Part shown: positions 19,334-27,380 of the stretch, piece by piece | Layout: every line of letters starts with the position of its first letter | Numbering within the stretch: the first letter of the stretch is position 1 | Assembly (NCBI GenBank): GCA_016873655.1 | Contig: VGWI01000002.1 | Location: 25,357 to 89,356 of the forward strand | DNA: 64,000 nucleotides | Reading direction: 5' to 3' | Source of the DNA: Lentisphaerota bacterium | GTDB taxonomy: Bacteria > Verrucomicrobiota > Kiritimatiellia > UBA8416 > VGWI01 | Made by a program: the position numbers and the translations under genes | Notes under the pieces: model-generated | Seen by the model: only the letters and a program-made list of their open reading frames with translations | What the model was told of the DNA's origin: nothing | The model's database searches: none

Positions 19334-20619
19334 CGGTAGATGCCCAGCTTGTCGTAAACAGGCGTTCTGCCGCCGCGGTCCCAGCCGGCGATCAGTTCCT
19401 GTGTCTGCGGCCAGCGCAGCGGCATGTCGGACAGGGAGTTGCGCCGCGCTATCGCCGCGATTGCGGCGCCTTGCGTGCAGCAGAGCCAGTCGCAGCAAGG
19501 TTCGCGGAAGGCATCGCGCATCCTGGCGAGGATTGTCTCGAACGGCTCCTCGGCCACGTTTCCGAACGAGACGTTGAGAAACTCGCACGGCTGCACTTCT
19601 CCGTGCGCGTTCATGTAGAAGCGGTCCACGCCGCCGGCGGTACAACCGAGAACATCCGGCGACTCCTCGAAGACCTGCGCCGCAAGCGACGGATGGCCCT
19701 GGAAGGCGCGTGAATTGTAGCGGAGGTGCTGGGCACGGAGATGACGCAGCACGGCGGGGTCGGTCTGCATTTCCTCGCGGCGGCCGAGCCAGCGGCCTGC
19801 GGGCTTGGGATGGATGAGCTGCACGAAATCGCAGCCCTGGTCCCCTGCGAAATCCATCAGGTCCGTCAATCTGCCGTCGCGGACTTCCTGTTCGGAAAGG
19901 ACGCTGTTCACCGCGGTGACGAAGCCGTGCTTCTTGAACATCCGCAGCGCCCGGACCGCGGAACCGAAGGAGCCTGCGACGCCGGTCATTCGATCATGCT
20001 TCTCCCGGCTGGTGGAATGGACAGAGATCATGACCCCGTAAAGTCCCGCGTCTTCCAGTTCGCGCAGCATGTTTTCTTCGAGCCCGTCGCCGGTGGTGTT
20101 GACCCATATCTCGGAACGTTCATCCAGCGCCCGCATCAGGGCGATCAACCGGTCAAAGCGCAGAAGCGGTTCGCCGCCCTCGATGTCGAACATGGCAACG
20201 CCGGCGTCGCGCATGGCCACGGCCGAAGCGGCCATCAGTTCCGCGTCCATGTCCGCGCCTCGGTCCGTCCTCTGGTAGCAATGCTCGCAGCGGTAGCGGC
20301 AGGCCTTTGTCATCGAGAACACCACCGTGGTCGGGCCGGGCGGCCGCCTGACGAGTTTCGCGTCGAGCGCGTGGAAGAAGGCGGGGGACGGGTAGGCTGG
20401 CAGGTAGAGGTGCAGCTTGATGCCGGACCTGGTGCGGACGGCCTTGTTGTGCCTGAAGACGAGCAGCAGTCGGAGCGCCCGCGAAAGGAACAGGATGTAG
20501 TCCTTCGGCGACCAGCGCAGCTCGCCCATGCGGCGGGCATAGCGGAGCGCGACGCCTGCCGCTATTCGGACATACGTCCACGCCTTGGCCGGTCCGGTGA
20601 TGAAACGGCTGTCTTTCAC
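19330..20619 (-). CDS. radical SAM enzyme with C-terminal SPASM/twitch-type auxiliary cluster domain
   Basis: CRYRCEHC is a CxxxCxxC motif. The SPASM-like region is GCTAGGVDRFYMNAHGEVQPCEFLNVSFGN, and an extra CCDWLCC follows. The GTG start at 20619 overlaps the UbiA stop. The alternative start is the Met at 20529. Confidence 0.75.
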   Translation of the reverse strand: MKDSRFITGPAKAWTYVRIAAGVALRYARRMGELRWSPKDYILFLSRALRLLLVFRHNKAVRTRSGIKLHLYLPAYPSPAFFHALDAKLVRRPPGPTTVVFSMTKACRYRCEHCYQRTDRGADMDAELMAASAVAMRDAGVAMFDIEGGEPLLRFDRLIALMRALDERSEIWVNTTGDGLEENMLRELEDAGLYGVMISVHSTSREKHDRMTGVAGSFGSAVRALRMFKKHGFVTAVNSVLSEQEVRDGRLTDLMDFAGDQGCDFVQLIHPKPAGRWLGRREEMQTDPAVLRHLRAQHLRYNSRAFQGHPSLAAQVFEESPDVLGCTAGGVDRFYMNAHGEVQPCEFLNVSFGNVAEEPFETILARMRDAFREPCCDWLCCTQGAAIAAIARRNSLSDMPLRWPQTQELIAGWDRGGRTPVYDKLGIYR

Positions 20620-21608
20620 GAGCGGGCGTCCTTGTGAAGATCGAAGAGGAAGCCGATGAACACATAGCTGGCAGTGAGCAGGTACAGCGCAAGCGTGCCG
20701 TTGAAGATGGCGATCATCGTCACCTGGCCGGCCACGCAGGCGCGGATATTCGTAACCAGGCTGAAATACGTTCTGTCGCCCAGCGGATGACGGAAGTAGA
20801 GAACGGCCGTCCAGAGCTGAAGAAACAGTGTCATCACAGCGCAGAAGACGAAGTCGCGCATGAACAGCACGTCGCCCAGCGGCAGCCAACCGAGAGAATG
20901 CAGCAGCACGAAAAGGAGCGTTGGGAGAAATGCGCCGGCGACGCCGGCATAGCGGGCGGCGTTCAGGCCGTACTTGACGACAAACGTCTTCTTCCCCGCC
21001 GCCCTGTCACCCCTGTAGTCCTTGAAGTAGGTATAGTATGTCATCAGCGCGTTGATCAGCGCCACCAGCGCGAAAGCCGATATGCGGTTGCTGGTGAAGA
21101 GCGGCGTTGGAGGCGGTCCTGAGGCAAGAAACCCGTATGCCATGCACGTCGCGATGGAGAGTCCGAAGACCGCGTTTCCGACAAGCGACCATGCCTTCGC
21201 GTATTCGTACAGGATGTTCAGAAGCACCCCGATCACGGCGGGAACAACGGACCACGGTTCGAGGAACCATGACACGGCTCCGACCAGGAAGAGGAGCCCG
21301 ACCGAGACAAGCATGGCGGCCCCGGGGTTGAGTTCGCCGGTAACCATCGGCCTGTTGGGTGCGTTGATGCGGTCTTCCTTCAGTCCGAAGAAGTCGTTGA
21401 TGACCTGGTTGACGCCGTAGCTGAGGAACAGCATGCCGAGTATCAGGGCCTTGCGCCCCGCCCCCCCGGCGCCGGGGCAGCAGAAGTCATAAAAGGATAC
21501 GCCTATCCAGCCGGCTATGCCGGTGACAAACGAGAAGTACAGCCGCATCGAGCGGATGTAAGCGAAGATGAAGGCGAGGGTGGAGCCGGAGCCGGAGCCA
21601 ACATTCAT
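20616..21608 (-). CDS. UbiA-family aromatic/alkyl prenyltransferase (ChlG/DGGGPS-like subfamily)
   Basis: It has 8-9 TM helices. The Asp-rich motif VINDFFGLKEDRINAPNRPMVTG resembles the NDxxDxxxDxINxPxRP motif of chlorophyll synthase and DGGGPS. It is the first gene of the operon. The long N-terminal part of ORF 20616..22064 is discarded as non-coding. Confidence 0.8.
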   Translation of the reverse strand: MNVGSGSGSTLAFIFAYIRSMRLYFSFVTGIAGWIGVSFYDFCCPGAGGAGRKALILGMLFLSYGVNQVINDFFGLKEDRINAPNRPMVTGELNPGAAMLVSVGLLFLVGAVSWFLEPWSVVPAVIGVLLNILYEYAKAWSLVGNAVFGLSIATCMAYGFLASGPPPTPLFTSNRISAFALVALINALMTYYTYFKDYRGDRAAGKKTFVVKYGLNAARYAGVAGAFLPTLLFVLLHSLGWLPLGDVLFMRDFVFCAVMTLFLQLWTAVLYFRHPLGDRTYFSLVTNIRACVAGQVTMIAIFNGTLALYLLTASYVFIGFLFDLHKDARS

Positions 21609-21764
21609 TGCCGCATTGAACCCTGAAGCGGGAGCGGCTTCAATCGCTTTCTTTTCGTCCCGGCAACCTGACGTGGCAGGCTGGACTGAAAGGCCAGGAA
21701 CGAATATTGTGGCCGGGTTGTTCGAATGAAGTTCTGATGCGGCGCGTGTCGGAGGACGGCGGTC

Positions 21765-23255
21765 ATGCCTCGAATAGACGAGTTCCTGCGGATAATGCTC
21801 GAGCGGGGGTCCAGCGACCTTCACATGGTAAGCGGGCACAGGCCGTACCTGCGCGTCTCCGGAGACGTGACGCCGATCGAGGAGATGGCGGCCCTCTCCA
21901 GCGATGAGATCCGCGGGATTGTCGAGGAAATAGCCCCGGAAGACAACCGCGCCCAGTTCAGCGCCGATTGGGACACGGACTTCGCCTACCAGAACTCGGA
22001 CCTCGAGCGCTTCCGTGTGAACTGTTTCATGGATAGCAACGGCGCGGGCTCTGTCATCCGCCACATACCGGGCGCCATCCCCACTTTCGACCAGCTCGGC
22101 CTTCCCCAGGTCCTGCGCGAGATGTGCCTGCTGACCAAGGGCCTGGTGATAGTCACCGGGCCCACGGGCTGCGGAAAATCAACCACCCTCGCGGCCATGA
22201 TAGACCTCATCAACAGGACAAGGGCCGAGCACATTGTTACGATCGAGGACCCGATCGAGTTCATGCACAAGCCCAAGATGTGCCTCATCAACCAGCGCGA
22301 AGTTCACAAGCACACGAAGAGCTTCTCGGCAGCGCTGCGGGCTGCCCTGCGCGAAGACCCCAACATCGTGCTCGTGGGCGAAATGCGAGACCTTGAAACC
22401 GTGGAAATCGCGCTGGAAACCGCGGAAACCGGCCACCTCGTGTTCGGCACGCTGCACACAAACACCGCCGTCTCCACGATCGACCGGATCATCGACAAGT
22501 TCCCGTCCGGCGAACAGAACCAGATACGCACGATGCTCGCCGATACGCTCAAGGGCGTTGTCGCCCAGACACTGTGCAAACGCCGCACCGGCGGACGCGT
22601 TGCGGCAATGGAGATCCTGGTGGTCACTTCCGGAATAGCTTCGAACATACGCGACGGGAAGTCGCACCAGATCGCCTCTTCGATCCAGACAGGCGGCGCG
22701 CTCGGAATGTGCCTCTTCGAAGACAGCCTTTTTGCACTCGTACGCGACGGGGCAATAACCACGAAGGAAGCGTATCTGAAGGCCGTGCGGAAAGACCTCA
22801 TACGCAAGAAGCTGCTCGACGCCGGCTTCCCGCTGGACGTCGGCGCGGACGAGATCCGCAGGAACGAGGGCAGCCTGGAAGAAGGGACATCGGCCCGCCC
22901 GGAAGAGGACATGCTCACGGAGTGCAGGGAGCGTCTGCGAACCGACCCCGACAACGTGGACTCGCTGTGCGACGCGGCATGGATCATGTCCGCCGGCGGC
23001 GATCTGAGCCTCAGGAAAGGGCGCGATGCCGTGAAGCTGGCCGAGCGCGCGGCGAAACTGACCGGCGGCAACGACATGCACGTCCTGATAGTTCTCGCCG
23101 CCGCGCAGGCGGAAAGCGGCAACTTCAAACGGGCGGTTGGTTTCGCGACCCAGGCGCTGGAACTGGCCGAGATCGCGGGAAGCGACAGCATTGCCGAACA
23201 ACTCCGCGCGCACCTGGCCACGTATGAGCAGAACCGCGCGCTGGGCCGGACCTGA
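21765..23255 (+). CDS. pilT: type IV pilus retraction ATPase PilT-like with C-terminal TPR-like extension of about 150 aa
   Basis: Walker A GPTGCGKSTT and PilT motifs (His/Asp boxes, GMCLFEDSL). The residues after about 345 are alpha-helical and TPR-like. Confidence 0.8.
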   Translation: MPRIDEFLRIMLERGSSDLHMVSGHRPYLRVSGDVTPIEEMAALSSDEIRGIVEEIAPEDNRAQFSADWDTDFAYQNSDLERFRVNCFMDSNGAGSVIRHIPGAIPTFDQLGLPQVLREMCLLTKGLVIVTGPTGCGKSTTLAAMIDLINRTRAEHIVTIEDPIEFMHKPKMCLINQREVHKHTKSFSAALRAALREDPNIVLVGEMRDLETVEIALETAETGHLVFGTLHTNTAVSTIDRIIDKFPSGEQNQIRTMLADTLKGVVAQTLCKRRTGGRVAAMEILVVTSGIASNIRDGKSHQIASSIQTGGALGMCLFEDSLFALVRDGAITTKEAYLKAVRKDLIRKKLLDAGFPLDVGADEIRRNEGSLEEGTSARPEEDMLTECRERLRTDPDNVDSLCDAAWIMSAGGDLSLRKGRDAVKLAERAAKLTGGNDMHVLIVLAAAQAESGNFKRAVGFATQALELAEIAGSDSIAEQLRAHLATYEQNRALGRT

Positions 23256-23333
23256 GAAGTTGCCGGCGCGCCGGCGGAACGCCGGACGCCCGCTGCTTGC
23301 CGTCGCAACTGTTTTGTGGTCTCATAACCCGTC

Positions 23334-25529
23334 ATGACCCGTCTGCTCACGATTGCGCTGATGGTGGCCGCCTCCGCGGCGGGCGCCGCGGCGCCCGTCC
23401 TGAAGTTCGAGCCGTTCCATTCGGACGTGGCCCGGCTTATTGTTTCGGAAGTCGCCCGCGACCACCTGAGCCACCGCGCCGCGGACGATACGGTTTCCGC
23501 CCGGGCATGGACAAATCTTCTCTCCGGCCTGGACTATGACCGCCTCTATTTCACCGCCGAAGACATCCGCGCATTCCGTTCGGCCGAGTTGACCCTCGAC
23601 GACGACCTGCGTGCCGGGGACCTGGACTTTGCCGCCGCCGTGTTCTCGAAGTTTGTCGAACGCGTGGAGGAACGGCTCTCCTTTACGGAGAGCATCCTCG
23701 CAAAGGGCTTCGATTTCACGAAGGACGAGTATTTCGAATGGCGCCGGCGCGACATGCCGTGGCCGGCCGCCGGCGCGGAACGGGACGAACTCTGGCGCAG
23801 GAAGATCAAGAACGACTACGTGCGCGAACTCGTGTTGCGCCGCATTGCGGCCAACGCAGCAACGAACGCGCCGTCTGCGGAATCCGCCGCCACCAACGCT
23901 CCGCCGGCGGGCGCGGAGACTTCATCCACGAACTCCGCCCCGCCGCAGGCAATACTCCCTGAGAAGACCGTGGAGGAGACAATCCTTGAGCGGCAACGGC
24001 AGGCGATGACTGTTTTCCGCGACAGCGATTCCGAATGGCTGCTGCAGAAGTACATGTCCGCCTTCACCCGTGCGTACGATCCGCATTCGGACTACATGTC
24101 GCCGAGCACTGCCGAGGATTTCGACATCGGAATGAAACTCTCACTGTTCGGGATCGGTGCGCTCCTGAGCCCGGATGACGGGGCGGCGAAGGTGGTCCGG
24201 CTCATACCCGGCGGACCCGCGGACCGCGACAAGAGACCCTTCAGGCTGCAGCCCAACGACCGGATCGTGGCCGTCGCACAGGGCAGCGACCCGCCGGTGG
24301 ATATCCTGCACTGGCCGCTTCACAAGACGGTCGCAATCATCCGCGGCCCGAAGGGGACGAAAGTGGTTCTCACCGTGATTCCGGCTTCCGATCCGACCGG
24401 TTCGACGACAAAGACCGTCGACCTCGTGCGGGACGAGGTCCGCCTCGAGGACCAGGAGGCGAAACTCAGGATTGAAGACGTGCGCGGCGAGAATGGCGAA
24501 GGCCCCGTCAAGGTCGCCGTCGTCAGGATCCCGGCATTCTACGCGAACATGAAGGTCCGCTCGAAGCGCAGCCCGGAATACAAAAGCGCCGCCCAGGACG
24601 TCGAGGCCCTGATCGCCCAGGCGTTGAAGGAGGGAGCGAAAGGCATGGTTCTCGACCTGCGCGGCAACGGAGGCGGATCCCTGCTCGAAGCGATCCGCAT
24701 GACGGGCCTGTTCATCCGGAACGGCCCCGTGGTACAGGTCATGGAATCGGAGGGCTTCACCGTGCTTCAGGACCGCGACCCCTCCATCGCCTTCGCAGGT
24801 CCGCTGGTGGTTCTCGTGAACAGGCTCAGCGCGTCCGCCTCCGAGATTCTCTCCGCGGCGCTGCAGGACTACGGCCGCGCAATCATCGTCGGCGACGCGA
24901 AGACGCACGGCAAGGGCACCGTGCAGTCGGTCCGCCCGCTCGGTCCGGATCCGAAGTTCGGTTCCATCAAGGCCACGACGGCGGTGTTCTACCGCGTGAA
25001 CGGACTCTCGACCCAGCTCGAGGCGGTCCGGCCGGATATCCCCCTGCCCTCGCCGCTGGACTACATGGAGCTTGGCGAGGAGTTCCTGCCCAACCCGCTG
25101 CGGTCTTCCCCCGTGCCGCCGGCCGTCTACGGCCCGCTGTTCGACCTGTCAGCCCTCACAACCGAGTTGAAGCGAAGGTCGGAAACGCGCCGCGCCGCCG
25201 ACCCGCGACAGCCGGTCTACGCAAAGGTACTGCAGCGCGTGCGCGAACTGCACGAAAGCCGCAGGCTCCCGCTCAAGCTTGAGGACCGCATGTCGCTTGC
25301 GCGCATGGAAGAGGAAATCCGGGATATCGAAAGCGATTTCAGCGACTCCGGCGAGGAAGACGACACCGGCCGGAACGGCAAGCCCGACCTGGCGGAGGAG
25401 GAAGCCGTCAGGATAGTCGCGGACATTGTCACCCTCTGCCCCGACATGGAAGGACAGATTCTCGACAACCGCGGGCCGCCGGACCTGGGCAACTGGCTCC
25501 AGCAGATGCTCAGACGCAGCGCGCTGTGA
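23334..25529 (+). CDS. prc: tail-specific (C-terminal processing) S41 protease Prc-like
   Basis: A signal peptide, a PDZ region and an S41 core (GNGGGSL, LVNRLSASASEI). A low-complexity ATNAP-rich linker is present. Confidence 0.8.
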   Translation: MTRLLTIALMVAASAAGAAAPVLKFEPFHSDVARLIVSEVARDHLSHRAADDTVSARAWTNLLSGLDYDRLYFTAEDIRAFRSAELTLDDDLRAGDLDFAAAVFSKFVERVEERLSFTESILAKGFDFTKDEYFEWRRRDMPWPAAGAERDELWRRKIKNDYVRELVLRRIAANAATNAPSAESAATNAPPAGAETSSTNSAPPQAILPEKTVEETILERQRQAMTVFRDSDSEWLLQKYMSAFTRAYDPHSDYMSPSTAEDFDIGMKLSLFGIGALLSPDDGAAKVVRLIPGGPADRDKRPFRLQPNDRIVAVAQGSDPPVDILHWPLHKTVAIIRGPKGTKVVLTVIPASDPTGSTTKTVDLVRDEVRLEDQEAKLRIEDVRGENGEGPVKVAVVRIPAFYANMKVRSKRSPEYKSAAQDVEALIAQALKEGAKGMVLDLRGNGGGSLLEAIRMTGLFIRNGPVVQVMESEGFTVLQDRDPSIAFAGPLVVLVNRLSASASEILSAALQDYGRAIIVGDAKTHGKGTVQSVRPLGPDPKFGSIKATTAVFYRVNGLSTQLEAVRPDIPLPSPLDYMELGEEFLPNPLRSSPVPPAVYGPLFDLSALTTELKRRSETRRAADPRQPVYAKVLQRVRELHESRRLPLKLEDRMSLARMEEEIRDIESDFSDSGEEDDTGRNGKPDLAEEEAVRIVADIVTLCPDMEGQILDNRGPPDLGNWLQQMLRRSAL

Positions 25530-25559
25530 CATGTCCCGCGGCGGCAGGAAAATTCAGCA

Positions 25560-26384
25560 GTGGACATCTCTTTCACCAAGATGCACGGCGCCGGCAACGA
25601 CTTTATCGTTGTTGACGACCGCGACGGGACGTTCCCGGAAGCGGACCGGGCCTGGATCGCCGGCATCTGCGCGAGGAACACCGGTGTCGGCGCGGAAGGC
25701 GTCATCCTGGTGCGCCGGTCGGACACGGGCGATGCCGCAATGCGCTTTCTCAATCCGGACGGACGGTCCGCCGAGTTCTGCGGCAACGGCGCGCGCTGCG
25801 CCGCGCGCTTCGTCTCCCGCATGAGCAACGGCAAGTCCGCAATCCGCCTTGAGACGGATTCGGGCCTGCTGAACGCGGAGGCGGGCGAAGATGTCGTCTG
25901 GATTGACATGCCGCGCCCGTCGGGACTGCGCCTGAACGAGAACCTGGCCGCGGGGGATGGAATGCTCACTTGTCACCGGGTCACGGTCGGTGTTCCGCAC
26001 GCGGTGATTGTTGTGGATGACCTCGCGGGCGTTGATGTGGCTGGCACAGGGCGCTCGGTCCGCATGCACGCGGCATTCGCGCCGGCCGGGACCAACGTTG
26101 ATTTCATCGCCCCGTCCGGCCGTTCATCTCTCTCGATCAGAACCTACGAGCGCGGAGTCGAGGCGGAAACCGGGGCCTGCGGATCGGGAGCGGTTGCGGC
26201 ATGTCTGGCTGCCGCGCGGCTTGGGTTGATCGAACTGCCGGCAACGGCCCGCACCCGCCTCGGTTACGAGCTGTCCGTCGCCGCCGAAGCCGCCGGCGAC
26301 TCGTTCGACCGCGTCCGGCTCGGCGGCACGGCGGAGTATGTGTTCGCCGGAACCGTCCGCTACGGAAAGGAGTTCCCGCGTTGA
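25560..26384 (+). CDS. dapF: diaminopimelate epimerase
   Basis: MHGAGNDFIVVDD, an active-site Cys context FCGNGARC, and a second-domain GSGA motif. Confidence 0.85.
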   Translation: MDISFTKMHGAGNDFIVVDDRDGTFPEADRAWIAGICARNTGVGAEGVILVRRSDTGDAAMRFLNPDGRSAEFCGNGARCAARFVSRMSNGKSAIRLETDSGLLNAEAGEDVVWIDMPRPSGLRLNENLAAGDGMLTCHRVTVGVPHAVIVVDDLAGVDVAGTGRSVRMHAAFAPAGTNVDFIAPSGRSSLSIRTYERGVEAETGACGSGAVAACLAAARLGLIELPATARTRLGYELSVAAEAAGDSFDRVRLGGTAEYVFAGTVRYGKEFPR

Positions 26385-27151
26385 GGATAGCGACGTTCAA
26401 CGCGAACTCCGTGCGGTCGCGGCTGGATATCATCACTGCATGGCTCGGGAAGCATGAGCCGGACGTGCTGTGCATCCAGGAAACGAAGGTGCAGGACCCG
26501 GACTTCCCGGCAATCGCCTTCTCCGGCATCGGCTATCACGCCGTGTTCCGCGGAGAGAAGTCCTACAACGGCGTCGCGGTCCTCTCGCGCCTGAAGCCGG
26601 ATGATGTGAGTTTCGGGCTGAACGACGGCGAACAGCCGGACGAGACCCGCCTCGCATACGCAAGGTTCGGCCGCCTGCACGTTGTCAACACGTACGTGCC
26701 GCAGGGACGCGAACTGGACCACCCGATGTACGCCTACAAGCTGCGCTGGCTGAAGCGGCTGCGTTCGTGGTTCGACCGCCGGTTCTCGCCGCGCATGCAG
26801 GTGGCATGGTGCGGCGACATGAACGTCGCCCGGGAGCCGGCCGACGTGCACAACCCGCAGGAGCAGTCAGGCCACGTCTGCTTTCACGAGGACGTACGCA
26901 AGGCATTCGCGGAGGTAGTCGACTGGGGGTTCGTCGACGTGTTCCGGAAGCACCACCCCGGGCCGGGCGCGTATTCGTTCTTCGATTACCGTATGCCAGG
27001 GGCGGTTGACCGCGGACTCGGATGGCGGGTCGACCTGGTCATGGCCTCAAAGCCACTTGCGAAACGCTCAACCGCGTGCTTCATAGACCTCGACCCGCGC
27101 CGCGCCGAACGCCCGTCCGACCATACCTTCGTCGTCGCCGACTTCGAATAG
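26381..27151 (+). CDS. xth: exodeoxyribonuclease III (Xth family AP endonuclease)
   Basis: A TTG start overlapping the dapF stop. The product MRIATFNANSVRSRLD...CIQETK...DHTFVVADFE matches the EEP nuclease family. Confidence 0.8.
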   Translation: MRIATFNANSVRSRLDIITAWLGKHEPDVLCIQETKVQDPDFPAIAFSGIGYHAVFRGEKSYNGVAVLSRLKPDDVSFGLNDGEQPDETRLAYARFGRLHVVNTYVPQGRELDHPMYAYKLRWLKRLRSWFDRRFSPRMQVAWCGDMNVAREPADVHNPQEQSGHVCFHEDVRKAFAEVVDWGFVDVFRKHHPGPGAYSFFDYRMPGAVDRGLGWRVDLVMASKPLAKRSTACFIDLDPRRAERPSDHTFVVADFE

Positions 27152-27204
27152 CCGTCCCTGCCTCGCGGCCGCCGTGGCGCGCCCCGCGGGTCACGCCGGC
27201 GCTA

Positions 27205-27380
27205 GCGCGGATTATTCATGTTCTTCGTCGCGAGAGGGCGCAGGGTGCGTCAGATCAACGGCTTGCCGAAGAGGGCCGGATGGCGGCGTGTTGACACACG
27301 CCAAAGTCGGCCATCAAGGTAAGTCGATGAGGTGACGTATCATGTGCACTCGCAGCAGAAGGTTCATGAATAATGTGCGC
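27205..27380. mobile_element. MITE-like 176-bp element, copy B (inverted relative to copy A)
   Basis: Its reverse complement matches 1696-1872 with 2-3 mismatches. The terminal repeats are GCGCGGATTATTCATG ... CATGAATAATGTGCGC. It abuts the rhaB stop codon. Confidence 0.6.

Noticed and set aside
21609-21764. A candidate sigma54 -24/-12 promoter (CTGCCACG-N6-TTGCC) upstream of the UbiA gene.
   Set aside because: The GG dinucleotide is replaced by GC and the spacing is 1 nt too long. That is not convincing without a matrix scan.
20616-22064. The full 482-aa extent of the UbiA ORF, and the 519-aa extent of the rSAM ORF at 19330-20889.
   Set aside because: The N-terminal about 150 aa and about 90 aa are low-complexity and overlap the upstream gene. 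Internal starts that create 4-nt stop/start overlaps give normal-length proteins.
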